Below are positions 12,400 through 25,486 of a stretch of DNA of 64,000 nt, piece by piece. The stretch spans positions 83,479,344-83,543,343 of the forward strand of contig NC_057711.1 in assembly GCF_004010195.1 (NCBI RefSeq), read 5' to 3'. This stretch comes from Chiloscyllium plagiosum. Taxonomy: Eukaryota. The first letter of the stretch is position 1. Each line of letters begins with the position of its first letter. A program made the translations under genes and the position numbers. The notes below the pieces were generated by a model. That model was given only the letters and a program-made list of their open reading frames with translations. It made no database searches and was not told where the DNA came from.

Positions 12400-15162
12400 T
12401 GTGATGATTCTATGGCTGTAAGAGGTATATTTTGTTCTTTTTTTAATGAAGAGAGGTTGAGACAGAAGTGCAGAGTGGTCTGTTCCAAGCCAATACATTA
12501 AACAGCTTGTGAGGCCTTGGCTTTTTTAAAGTTGAAACAATAGAAGCAGCATGAATGGGTGGAGTTAGGCTCTCACAGAACCATGGTTTTAGTTTAACTT
12601 CTAGTAGTTGTTGGGATTTCAATGTTTGCTGTGGAAGCTGTCTCTCTCTCTCTCTGTCTCTCTCTCTCCTACAGCTAAAACGCTTGGGTTCTTGCTTTCC
12701 ACCAGAATCGCATGTGAGACAATCTATTTCACTAACTTTGCCTTTGCCAAAGGTGTGTTTATGGGAAGCTACTATACTGGAGCAGTTACTGTTTTGTAGT
12801 TAATGCAAAGAAGGAAAACTCATGGAGTGTGTCATGTGAATAAGTTCAAACAACATTTTGATAGAGAAGGAAATCAAAAGGAGAATGTGTTATTGGTTAC
12901 AACACAAAGTGAAGAACCACTCCAGAGTATTCTGAATTGGACATTCCACAAATTAACTTGCACAATGAGGAAGTTTCCAAAAATTGAGATAGATTATTTA
13001 GTTACATTCCAGATGAAAATTGAAATGACCTGAAAGAGTTCCTAGAATGCCTACAGTGTGAAAATAGGCCATTTGATCCAATAAGTCCACACCGACTCTG
13101 AACAGCATCCTGCCCAGACTCACTCCCCTCCCCTATTATCCTGCATTTCCCATAGCTAATCCATCTAACCTGCATATCTCTTGATACTATGGGTAATTTA
13201 GTGTGGCCAATCACCTAACCAGCATTTTTTGGACTGTGGGCGGAGACTGGAGCACCTGAAGGAAGCCCACACAGACATGGGAGAATGTGCAAACTCCACA
13301 CAGAGGCTGGAATTGAACTTAGTCCCTGGCACTGTGAGGCAGCAGTGCTAACCGTGTTGCCCATAAGCACATGGAGACACATGTGGGAATAAGCTGGGAA
13401 GTGCTAACACGATTACACATCATGTTGAGATCAGACGCTGTTCCAACTAAGCAAAATCCTTATTGACTTAACCCTTTAAAATTGACACAGGTTAAAAAGA
13501 GATTGAAAGCATGCTCAAAGGCAATATAATCGAAGTAAGTTGCAGCAAATGGAACTTACCCATAGTAATGGTGCCAAAACCAGATGTAACCCAATGTTAT
13601 GTACTAATTACTGCAAATTCAATGCAGTTACAAGAACTGATTGATATTCTGTTTCACTGCTGGAACATTGTATTGAGAAAGTTGGACAAGCAACTTATAT
13701 TTTGAAGCTGAACTTACTCAAAGGATACTGGCAGGTACCTTTGACAGCAAAGGAAATTTCAGCTTTTATGACATCAAACGGACTTTACTAGTTTAAAGTT
13801 ACACCATTTAGTATGAAAAATGCACCAGCTATATTTCAAAGACGAACCAATGAAGTCATTTCAGGATTACACAACTGTGTGGTGTACGTAGATGACCTGG
13901 TGATTTTTATTAGCACACAGAAGGAATATTTGGAGCATCTATTGAAATTATTTGATCACCTTCAGTAAAAGATTTGGTGATAAACCTGGCTAAGAGTGAG
14001 TTTGCAGAAGTCCAAGTCATATTCCTAGGCCATTGTCATTGGACATAGATAGATAGCCCCACAGAATATGAAAACAAAGGTTTTTGAGGAATTTCCCATA
14101 CCATTGATGAGGAGGGAAATACCACAATTCCTAAGACTGAATGGTATTTATCAAAAATACATACCAAATCTTAGTGGCGTGGTTGCTGCACTGACAACTT
14201 GTTGAAGAAGTGCACAAACTTTCAGTGGATGGAAGAGTGTGTTGGCTACACCTAACTGCACAAAGCCATTCACAGTGGCTATTGATGCGAGTGATATGGG
14301 TGTTGGTGCCATACTCTTGCGAGAAGACAACAAGAAGCTAGAAAGACCCATTGGGTACTTTTCCAAAAAGTTGAATATTGATCGATAGAAATGGTCTATA
14401 GTCTTGAATGTTTGCATGCTTAGAGTCAATGCAATGTATAGGTATTGTAGTGTACTGATAGAATTAGATCAAAGGTTTTTAAAAATGAAGTGAACTTTGC
14501 GTATTGATGCGTCTTTGTTTTAAGGGGACAGATGTAATGATATTATTGCTATAAGAGGTTAACCTTGTTCTGGATTTTTTATGAAGACAGGTTGAGACAG
14601 AGGTGCTGAGTTGTCTGTTCAAAGCCAATAAAGTAAACAGCTTGTGAGGCCTTGGAGTTTTTTAAAAGTTGAAACAACAGAAGCAACATGAATGTGTGGA
14701 GTAAATATCCTATCAAACCAGGGCTTTATTTTAGCTTCCAGTATTTGTTGGAGTTTTGAAGTTGGCTGTGGAAGCTGTCTTGCTCTCTCTCTCTCCCTCT
14801 CTCCACACCCTCCCCCCACCACAACTGTTAAAAACCTTGAGTTTGCTGTCCTTACCAGAATTGCATGTGAGACAGTCTATTTTATGACTATGCCTTTGCC
14901 AAGAGCATGTTTATTGGAATAGTTGTTGTTTAGTAGTAAAATTGTTATTATTCTGTTAAGTTTTATAACAGAGTTAAAGTTATACTAATTTTTCTTTCTT
15001 TTGTTTGCATTTTAACTGTGGATAAGAATAAAGCCGAGCAGTGTGACCAATCAAATTACATCTCGAACACAGCACCTCACACTTGCCTTTAAATAAGATA
15101 AAAATTAGGATCTAGTTTATCTCCTTCACATATTCACAGGAGGTTTGGTCTGGTCCAGAACA
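12400..15162 (+). mobile_element. Gypsy/Ty3 LTR retrotransposon, internally deleted, Gmr1-like domain order
   Basis: Homologous LTRs at 12400-12803 (truncated) and 14533-15162 (TGT...ACA). TSD ATGC at 12396-12399 and 15163-15166. Purine tract aaggggacaga precedes the 3' LTR. Integrase-tail-like RRKTHGVCHVN at 12806-12841, RT (PIVMVPKPD; VYVDDLVIF near 13882-13908), RNase H (PFTVAIDASDMGVGAIL; PIGYFSKKL at about 14265-14375). Confidence 0.9.
13041..13362 (-). mobile_element. HE1: HE1-type SINE nested in the Gypsy pol region
   Basis: Same head, core and tail as the other HE1 copies. Confidence 0.88.
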
Positions 15163-15984
15163 ATGCTTTCAAATATCTGCTCCATGTTTAACCTCTAGCC
15201 CTGAGGTCTTTCTACAGTTTTGTTCTCTTTCACTTAGGCAACATCCAGACATAACCAAACAAGCACCAATGAGCATCAATGGTAAATAGACTGACATAAT
15301 CAAACACAAAATAAACACAACCATCACATTCAAAGTCTAGGCACTAAGTACTTTCTCCCCCATTGGCACCAGTACAACACCAAGTGCACCCATGTCCTGT
15401 CTTCTTTGCCCTGTTGACCTTCTTATAGAGCTGTATGAAATACCACATTCTTCCCATTTCATAAGCACTAAATGAACTTTTAGATTGCGTCAAGTGGCCT
15501 AAAAGGGGAAAGAGCAGCATTCCTGTCCCACCCTGCCCCCACAATGGTGATACCTTCTGGCACCAGAATTACCACTTTGAAATTGACGCACTCCCCAATG
15601 CCAGTATCCCTCCAGTTCCCAACCCCCCGACTGGCTCTGTTTCCTTCTTGAATTGCTCATTGAAAATGTTCACTCACAATGTCTGATAAAAGCACATTTG
15701 GATATGAATGTGACAGTTTAATTAATCTGCTTCATATTCCATTCATCTTTTAAATATATGCATGAAGTAGAGATAAATATGTTGGTAAATAATTCTTGAA
15801 ATTGCTAAAACTATATTAATATGAAAAACATGTTGTTCTTAATTATTCACTGTTAGGAAGAGCTACGCTGTTTCCACAGGTTGCAACTCAATTCATAATT
15901 AATTTCTATGCAAATAAAGCACTTAGAATTAGTCACCGATTCCTCTTTGACTTCCTGCTATCTGCCCTTTATTGTGCTCATTAA

Positions 15985-16325
15985 TGGTGGAGTTAGGCGG
16001 ATAGATTGAATTGAGTTACGTATCATAATCGAATTGAATGGAAAGCTCAAACAGACTTGAGGGAATGAAGGGTCTACTCCTGTTCCTCTCGTTGTAGAGA
16101 ATCAGAGAGATTTAGACCATATACACAAATCAGCAGAACAAATCAAAACCTGATGGTGGCAAGTTGCAGTTAAGTTTAAGGATGTGGTTAGGGTTAGGAT
16201 TAAGATTAGGGTGAGGGGAAGAGTTGAAATAAAGAAGTAAGGAGATTGTGCACAGTCATACAGCACCTTGGTCAGACCATATTTGGAACACAATATGCTG
16301 GTTTGAACACTGAACCTCGGCAAAC
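15985..16325 (+). mobile_element. Old CR1 fragments (3' tail plus ORF2 C-terminal piece)
   Basis: CR1-like tail ...gaatgaagggtctactcctgttcct at 16062-16087 and a YSTLVRPYLE-like stretch near 16258-16290. Confidence 0.55.
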
Positions 16326-16347
16326 AAGTATTGGTCTCAGATGGGAC

Positions 16348-17365
16348 ACATAAGAAAATAAGAAATAGGAGCAGAAATAGACCATTTGACCCTCAAACCT
16401 GCCTGCCTTTTTTAAAGATTGTAGCCGATCTGTTTCAGGCCTCAATTCCTCTTTTGTGTCAAGTTCTCGTAGTCTTCAACTCCTTGATATTCCAACAGTC
16501 TATCTACTTAGTCTTTAAATACTTTCAGTGATTTAACCCCACAACTCTCTGAGGTAGAGAATTCCAGACCTGTAGGAGAAGAAATTCCTTCTCATCTTGA
16601 CTTTAAATGAGTGCCCCCTTATTCTGTTACTATTCCCAAGTTCACAATTTCCACAGTGGTAGAAATATTGTCTCAACATTTACCCTGTCAAGCACTCTCA
16701 AAATCTTATATATTTCAATAAGCTGACCCCTCATTCTTCTAATTCTAATGAACAAAGGCCTAACCTGTTTAGTCTTTCTTGATAAGTCAACCCCTTCATC
16801 CCTGGAATCTGCCTAGTGAATGTCTGATGCCAGTATGTAGATTTTTAAATACAAGTACGAAAGCTGTACATATCACTCCAGGTGTAGTCTCACTAACATC
16901 CCGTACAATTGTAACAAGAATTCTCTGTAAACTCCAAACCCCCAGCAATAAAGGCCAAAATTCCACTTGCCCACTTAATTGTGCTTCATGTCGAAGAACA
17001 TTCAAAACCCGCTGTGACACACTTTTTAAGAATCTCCCTCCATTTAAATAATTGTCTGCCTTTTAACTCTTCCTACCAAATTGCATGATCTCATAATTTC
17101 CTATATTACATTTTATTATCCAAGTTTTTTCCCATTCAATCAATCTATCTCCTTGCAGATTTGTTATGTCCTCATCATAACATGCCCTCCCACCTACTTT
17201 GTATCTTCAATAATTTTGGATACATTACACTTTGTCCTCCTCTGCCAAGTTATTATTGTAGATTGTAAATATTGAGGCTCTAGGACTGATCCTTGAGGCA
17301 CTCTACCTGTTACATATTCCAACATGAAAAACACCCAGTAATCCAGACTGTCTACCTTCTGAGTG
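16348..17365 (-). mobile_element. Decayed CR1 LINE, 3' part
   Basis: cataagaa...ataggagcagaa tail on the plus strand; degenerate VPQGSVL equivalent near 17280-17305. Confidence 0.8.
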
Positions 17366-18517
17366 TCTGAAATTAGTCAACTAGATGTTTTTTTTTCTGA
17401 CAATCCACTAAGCTTTATTATCATTATTAGATTCTTTGTTTCAATTAATTGCATCTTTTGGAGTTGAAGGGACATTGAAGGAGACTCTAGGCACCTCATT
17501 CCATTTTGGACCATCTATGACCTGTAGCTCATGATCAAAGCAAAGATACACAGGCCTGCACACATATACAGCAGGCTGTCTTCTTTCTGTCCATCAGGAT
17601 CAATGCTCCCACTGTTCTTGTGCTACCTGGAGGAGAACGTCCAGGGAGGCATCGCTAACTGATAGGATCATCCTATATTTCTCAGCATTATTGGCCTGAT
17701 GACAGACATTTGCTCTATTTCCTAGATTGAATGCTGCTCATCCTGGAGATGAAGTGTATAGTCGTGGCCAATGAAGAGTCTAGGATCTCTTTGATATTTT
17801 CTGTTTTGGAGGTTTGCCTGGTGATCTGTGCTGTCTACAATGACAAGTCTGACTGCTGTTTCAAGGGGGCATTTAATTCTTAACATTCCTTTAACTCTTA
17901 ATTGACAAGCCACCTTGTGATTGTGATCAACCAGTTGCTTCTGTCTGATACCAATGCTGCCTGAATCCACCACCTAGACTCCTATTGCCAACATTAAGTT
18001 CCACCTTTTGTTTCTTTGATTTGTTGGTCCCTTACACTGCAGCCCTTTTCAAGAAAGGGATCAATGGAGAGCAAGATAAATGATGTAACAGCATTTTCAA
18101 GCTACAATCTTATGCTCATATCAGTTTAAGGTACTTAAGGAGTCATTTTTCAACTCCATATCTTGATTGTAAGCCCTGTCAAACACATATTAAAGTTTAG
18201 GCTATCTAAGGCACTTAATCTTCCAACTATTAATTTCAATGAACCTAATAAAAAATAAGTCATATCGCCTCAAATTTCTGTATGGTTATCCAAGAGGAAA
18301 ATGGCCTAATCTGGGGAGTAAAGCTGAAAAATTATTCTTGAAATTCCTGTTTCAGCTGACTATGTTGATGTTAACACACTATTTCACATTTTAACACTCT
18401 CTTGGCATTTAATGAACTTTAATTTTGCTTCTAATTTTTCTTGGTATGTTGGACAGGACTCTTCCTAGGTAGGCTGAAAGAGGTATAAAATAATGCACAT
18501 ATCATGAAATTCAATTA

Positions 18518-18907
18518 GGGAGGCAGTGGGGTAGCAGTAATGCCACTGAATAGTAAAGCAGAATTCAAGACTAATGTCCTGGAGATGTAGGTTTGAATCC
18601 CACTATGACAGATGGTGGAGTCTTTTTTTTTCAAAATCAGCACTTAAAACTGGCATAATGTCAACCATATAATCATTGCCAATTTTTTTAAAACACCTAT
18701 CTAATTCATTAATGTTCTTTAGGGAAGGAAGTCTGTCATCTTGACCTGGTCTGGTCTACATGTGGCTCTGGATACACAGTACTGTGGTGGACTATTAATT
18801 TCTCTTTGAAATGGCTTAGCACGCCACTCAGTTCTAGGAATAATTCAGGATGGACAATAAACGTTGGCCTTACGAGTGATGCCCAGATCCCATATGCAAA
18901 TAAAAAA
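18518..18907 (+). mobile_element. Full-length tRNA-like SINE with a LINE-derived tail
   Basis: Head gggaggcagtgg..., B-box-like GGTTTGAATCCC at 18591-18602, tail ...caataaacgttggcc...gatgcccagatccca plus A-run, matching the LINE tails at 2990 and 32700. Confidence 0.8.
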
Positions 18908-20934
18908 AATTAATTCATGTATGTTCTGCCCAAAGGCAAGTCTTTGACCATTTGATGATTCTTCATCCCAAGCCACTATTTTCAGTGATAGTTTGCTTTC
19001 CTTGTCTTCTACTTTCTGGAGCACAGTAAGGAGGCAGGCCCAAGTCTATCACAGCTGAAATACTCTTTGGGTTATTTTGAATGGCCCATTGGCCTTCTTG
19101 GCACCTAAGTTAACTGGATCCCAGATCATAAAATATCAAGGGCAATGTTGTGTAGTTTCAATGGTGGGAGTGCTTATAACCTGAAAGGGTTAATTAACAA
19201 TACAAGATGAGTTCCATTCATCAAGATACATAGGATTCTTCCTGGGAGGAGTTAATGAGAGTTGTAGTTGCTCAGTTTTCTAGAGGTTTTGTTTCTAGAA
19301 TATTTCAGTAGCAGCAATGTGTATTTACTGTTATATTGAACTTGATGTCTCGCAAGGGACTATATTATAGCTCAGATGTAACATAACTAGTAAGTAATGT
19401 TGCTGGAGAAGATACATTTTGTTGAAGTTCTACATCTCGCACTCTTCAGGGCAATTCACAAGAATACACCATTAATGCTACATGAGATAAAAGTGCTGAT
19501 TGATTGGCAAGTGTATTCTGATTGGTAAAGGCATTGCCATGGAGTTTGCATGAGTTAGCTGATGATTGACTTTTAACTGCTAAGTTTTGTTAATTGTAAA
19601 GCAGACAAATTAACTCTAATTGGTGAAGGTATTACTCTAAGAAATGTATCAATTTTCAGCAATATTCAAGTAATAGACTATCAAACAACAATCAAGTAAT
19701 AAGTAATAAATCTATTCTGCTCACCAAGAATGAGTCTGTCTTCTGCAGAAGACTGTGTAGGCATCCTTCCCACAGTGACACACCAAAAAGGATTGATGTC
19801 AGTGAATTTACCCAAGGTATCCCAGTGGATCACCACAACATTATAAGATGCTGATTATAAAACAGAACCTTACGGAAATTAAGAGCCTAGTATGTTCTCT
19901 GCATATAATAAAATGCATGAATTGGTGAATCATACAAAACATTTCTCGAAATAATGCATGTTAGAATAGGTAATGGTGCAAAGGGTGAATGTATGATGTA
20001 ATATTCATTACCAAAACTTTATTTTACATATTTTGCAACTACAAGACCGTTATTCCATGTTTATCATGGCTAACTATTAAATTTAAAATTATAAAGATAC
20101 TCCACTATTTGATAATGTTGCTGAGTTGTATTTTGCAGGCAACATATTTTACTGCAATTAGGAGGATAAATTTCAATCCACCCTGGGGAGTAACACATCC
20201 CACCCTCCAACCCCATTCATTACAGAAAGGACAGATGATAAACAGAAAAGCAGATAAATCAGAGATTGGAGGAAGCAAATAAAGAGGATCTGAACAATCT
20301 GTTCCATTTTGCAGGACATAATAAATCACGTGTTGCAAGAAAACAGAATATTGGTTATGCTTGCAAAAGTTAATAGCTGAAATGCAAAGACTACATGTGT
20401 CCAACGCCAAACTATATAAGTATAGAAGGGTGTTTAATACTAAAATTAATATTAGTTTTCAAATTAACTACAGCCTTTCTAGTTAAACTGGGAAATCACT
20501 TGGTTTACCTGTGGCAGCGTTTCATGTTTTTCATACGGCATGCCAATAGGCTATCAATTTAATTAACTGAATTACTGGTATCCGAAGTATTGTTCAGCAT
20601 AATGAATATGTATTTTGTTTCAGGTTTCCTATGTGCAAGTGCGTGCAGCCTGAAATAATGCAATGAATTGACATATTGTACAAGAAGATAAATCAACTTT
20701 CGCCTTTACTTTCAACTCTGTTATGATCTGGAACAATTTGTAGCTATTTCTCTGATATACAGAGATGGGTAATGGATTTTCTGTTACATTTTAAAACATT
20801 TAGTAGAAGAAAATATACTAGAAACAACTGCACCACATAGCAACTTGTCTCAATCTTTGATCAGTCATTATTTCCTCTTGCATCAATTGAAATGCCAATA
20901 TAACATGGTTTATTACTACCATTCATTATGATAA

Positions 20935-21030
20935 TACAGGCAGTCCCCGAGTTGCAAACATGGTGTATCTTGGAGTTCGTTCTCAAGTTGGTTTGTACGC
21001 AAGTCAGAACACAATGCAGAACGAGGGTTC
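20935..21030 (+). mobile_element. Tigger/pogo-like DNA transposon end
   Basis: TA followed by CAGGCAGTCCCCGAGTTGCAAAC, typical of Tc1/mariner-pogo terminal repeats; no matching right end found. Confidence 0.55.
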
Positions 21031-21374
21031 ATTAGTCAGCCGTTTCCGTATTGTCCTAAGTGACGAAATATCAAATATGATGGTATTGTATATAGTGCTG
21101 AAATAAACTGATTCCTTGTTCTGCAAAACATAGAAAAACTACATACAGATTGTTTAGTTAAATGCTCAATGTCTTCTTCGATGAGAAGGCTTAATTTTGC
21201 TTCTGTCTGATCAGTGTTTTATGCTTCTGAATATTAAACTTAGCATCCAAAATTATTTTTGCATTAGAAATTATGGATTTCCTAATATTTGAAATTAAGT
21301 AAAAGTTAAAATGAGAAATTCTAAAAAAAAGTGATGTTAATTTAGAGTAACAAATCTTTTGTAAGAAACAAAAG

Positions 21375-21502
21375 TTCTGAGGGTCACTTGATCAAAACAT
21401 TAACTCTGATTTCTCTCCACAGATGTTGCCACAACTGCTAAGCTTTTCAAACAATTTTTATTTTTGTTTCTGTTTTACAGCATCTGCAGTTCTTTCGCTT
21501 TT
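21375..21502 (+). mobile_element. Short Penelope-type repeat, family C
   Basis: ccacagatg(c/t)tgcca...cagcatctgcagttcttt is shared with 23062-23192 (minus) and 26630-26770 (plus). Confidence 0.6.
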
Positions 21503-22489
21503 TAAACCTTTTATAAGCATGTGATATTAAGCATCAAAGAGGTTCAAATAGTGCAATGACTTGTTCGGACAGTCAGTAATCTGAGCAATGAAGTGTTTTG
21601 ACTGTTGAGCAACATGATTTTGGTCCTTGATTGCTTCTAAAAAATATTTTCTTCTTATTTGCGCAACACTAGTCCACAAACCAACAACTCGAGGACACTT
21701 TTGGATGTGCGGTGGAACAGGAATCACAAATCACTGATACTTCTACAGAGAATACAAAGCAAGGTCGAGTTCAAGTTATTTAACCAATTGCAGGGGATGC
21801 CCATTCTTATATGAGGATTTTTTTTTCAGTTCCTGCTGGTGTTAGAGAGGTGAAGTTTGGTGGAATGAAAAGATGATGTCCAGCTGGGTCCAGATTTGAA
21901 GCTCATGAACCAATCTCAATCTGCCCCCTATGTAGCCGACTAAATGAAACTATTGATTCAGCTACCTTCCTGAGTAGTATCAGATGAAGATTTAAGTTTC
22001 ACCTTCCCTGTGAGCTCTTCTTTCAGTGATCTAAACACCGCTTACTTTCCAGAGTCTGGACCACTGGAGGTGCTTTGTTGCAATGTCAAAAACCTGACTG
22101 GAAATGAGTAATGTGGCAAGTGAGTAACCTGCCAAATGATTCACTTCCAGTCAGGTTTTCGACGTGACAATGAAAGTACAATCATCTTCTGGTTGCAACT
22201 TATTTTTCAAACTTAGGCCATTTATTGGACAAATTGTATCCATCCTATTCTCGAGCTTGCTTGTTTTTCAAATAGGAAATGTGCATCTTATGGATCCTGC
22301 CTGATTTTCTAACTTATTCCTCAATTCTTCCAGTTGTATTTAGAGATATCTGGTCCAGGACCCAAATAATTTGGTCCCTTGTTGCATAAATGGATTGGTG
22401 ATGATATTGATTGTTTTATTCTTTGCATTCTTTTTCTAATTTCCCCAAAGGCAATCTGCCAATTCTTTAGATTCTGCCATTAACAACCA

Positions 22490-23762
22490 AGGGAGTTCTG
22501 AGAAAAAAGGTCCTTAACAAAATACCATATGAAAGTCTAGTTAACAAAATTAAGTCACATGCAAAATTGGATAATACATTGTCTTAAGCTCAGAAAAAAG
22601 TGGGCAACATCAATGGTAAATGTTTAGTTTTTAAACTGGAGGATGGGAGACAGTGGTGTTTCCCAATGGTCAAAGCAAGGACTAAACTTTATTTTTGATC
22701 TAAGTAAATAACTTGGATATTAGAATGCAAAATGAAATTTCAAAATTTGCTGATGATTTCAATCAGGGAAGCCTCGTGATAACAACTACTAGATATGCAT
22801 AGCCTATCAGAATGTGAAGACAAGTGGTAGATGGCAGTTAGTAGAAAAGGAGGTGTAAAGTGAAGTAATTTGTTGCAAGAATGAGGAGACGTGATATCGA
22901 ATAAATGGCACAGTTCTTAAAATGAATACAGGATGGAGAAACATGATGTGAAGGACGTATTGAGAAAGCAACTAACAAAGCATATAAGATCTTGGGCATG
23001 ATAGATAGAGGCATTGAGTACAAAAGATGAAATGCTATGCTAAATCTGTATAAAGCTTTAAAATAAAACAAAGAACTGCAGATGCTAAGGATCTGAAACA
23101 AATGCAGAACTTGCTGGAGAAACTCAGTAGGTCTAGCAGCATTTGCAAGCAGAAGGAGTTAGCATTTCATGTGTAGTGACGCTTCTTCAGCACTGTTTCA
23201 GCATAAAGCTTAGACTAGATAGTAACCATAGGATTGGGCTTAGTGATCATCATCTTTTGGGAGGAACATGATGGATCCCTTTGAGAGAGGCTGCAGAGTT
23301 AATTGCCAAAAAGGTTTCAGAGATGAGAGATTTTAGCTGCACGGTTATGCTGAGCATCTGGGACTGTTCTCCTGTAGCAAAGGCAATTGAGGGGAGGTTA
23401 GGTAGACATTTACAAGATTATAATAAGTTTAGATGTGAAGTTGACAAACATCTATTCCCATAAGCTGATAGCACAAGGATAGGGGAACACCAATTTAAGT
23501 TTTGGGGCAAGAGGTGCGAGGGGGTGCTTTGAAGAACTGTGTTAGATAGCAAGTGATTGTGCCCAGGAACTTGCTACCTATAAAGGCAGGAGAAGCAAAG
23601 GCAATGAAAGATTTCAAAAGCACAATTGACGCGCATTTGATTGAAATATAAGTTCAAGGCTAGGGAGATAAAGTGGAGAATGGGTTGATTGGATTGCTCT
23701 CTAGAGAGCTGGCACAGACCCAGTGGTCTGAATGACTTCCATCTGTGCCATAATGACTCCAT
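22490..23762 (+). mobile_element. Highly decayed CR1 LINE, interrupted by a family C repeat at 23062-23192
   Basis: Degenerate SGVSQ, ISKFADD near 22735-22757, ILGMIDRGIEYK near 22989-23024, and a CR1-type 3' tail. Confidence 0.75.
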
Positions 23763-25146
23763 CAGGCTAAGATATTCTTCTAGACCGTTCCTCCTTCCTG
23801 CATATGCTTGTCTGGATGGAGTATTTCCACTTAAACTTTATGTTGAAATGCTTCCTTAGTGCCAACACCAATACAGCACTCAGTTCATTTGGATGCTGGT
23901 GAGAGAACTGTGACAGAATTTCATATTGCTTTGCTCAAAGAAAATTTGGAGTATAATTTAAATGCTTCATATATTATCCTCCTGTATTCTAATTGGAAAA
24001 ATCTGATTTTCCCTGCTTTTCATTCACAGGAAAATTGGATGGCAGTGTAAAATACTGCCTCTTATTTTTATAAAAAGGAATTAGATTGCGTGGTGTCAAT
24101 CAATTAATTGAAAAAGACTCTAGGGAAAAATGAGCTCAGAATTAGGAAAGCAATTTGCATGCAATGCTCTAATGATAGATTTTCTGAGCTGCTTCTACCA
24201 TAGTTTCCATGCACTTCAGGTACAGTCACGCAGCTTCAAGAAAATTCCAAGCTGTTTAACTTTTATCCTTTCAATACTTTGGAAATGTACAATCCTTCAT
24301 TTGACAGCACGGTTGAGCCATCTCAACAAACAGCGCTGAGAGAATCAAACCTGACTATGAACTTGACGATTACATGGTCGATGTACCCTATTGCCCTTCT
24401 GAACAAGATAAAACTCAAGAGATTGTGACAAAATGGTATGCCTTGGACAAAATGTTCTCCATAGATTTGTAACCAGGAAGAAGATAACCACAGTAAAGAT
24501 CAGATAGTGGTAAAAAATGCATTTACATCGATGTCAATCTTTAAAGCAAAGTTTCTATACTTCTTTAATTTCTGAAATATACACTACATAGTGTTTACAT
24601 GTAGCTTTATAAACAAAATACGAAAGATGCCAAATCTGTTAACTGCAGTGTTAAGTAATGGAAGAAGAATCTCAATGCATTTAGTTCATTTACATATACT
24701 AACTAGCAATTAAAATACTAATGAATACCATATTTGTCAATAATATTGTTTAATTTTCATTGCAAGTAATTTACAAATTGTCCAAGATTAAGTCTATTCA
24801 TGGTATCTGGGGTGAAGAGAGTTTTAATTTCTCTATCCTGAGAGTTTAAATCAAATTGTTCTGATACAAATTGTTTACTGATGCTGTGTCAAAGATACCT
24901 CATTAACATATGCTACTTGGGATCTTACTGTATTTAGTTGCTCTGACTGATAAAACTTGATAGACACTGAACAATGACGTAAAATATAAGTAAATATCCT
25001 TTCTTTGTGCTGCCAGAAATGATAAATGTCTAGATTTCCATGTCAAGACACTACAAGTTGGGACAGGGTAGGGTGTCCTGAGCATATGTGGAATCTGGAT
25101 ATACGTGCAGCATGGTTCTTGGTGCATTTGACTTAGCCACCTCATT

Positions 25147-25486
25147 ACAGAATCCCTACAGTGTGGAAACAGGCCATTCAAGCCCAACATGTCCATATCG
25201 ACTCTCTAAAGAGCATCCCATCCAGACCCACCCCTGCCCTATAACCCATCATTTTCTGTGGCTAATCCACCTAATTTATACGTTCCTGGACACTATAGGC
25301 AATTTAGCATGGCCAATCTACCTAGCCTGCACATTTTTGGACTATGGAAAGAAAACAAAGCTTCAGGAGAAAACCCACACAAGCACAGAGACAATGCACA
25401 AGTTCCACACAGACAGTTGCCCAAGGCTGGAATCAAACCTGGATCCCTGCTGCTGTGAGGTAGCAGTGCTAACCACCAAGCCACCA
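25147..25486 (-). mobile_element. HE1: HE1-type SINE
   Basis: V-SINE core and tRNA-like head on the minus strand. Confidence 0.9.

Noticed and set aside
16185..16218. Interstitial telomeric repeat
   Set aside because: Only two exact TTAGGG units among degenerate ones; too short to separate from low-complexity sequence.
24320..24436. Protein-like frame AERIKPDYELDDYMVDVPYCPSEQDKTQEIVTK
   Set aside because: No convincing acceptor, an upstream in-frame stop, and no recognisable homology.
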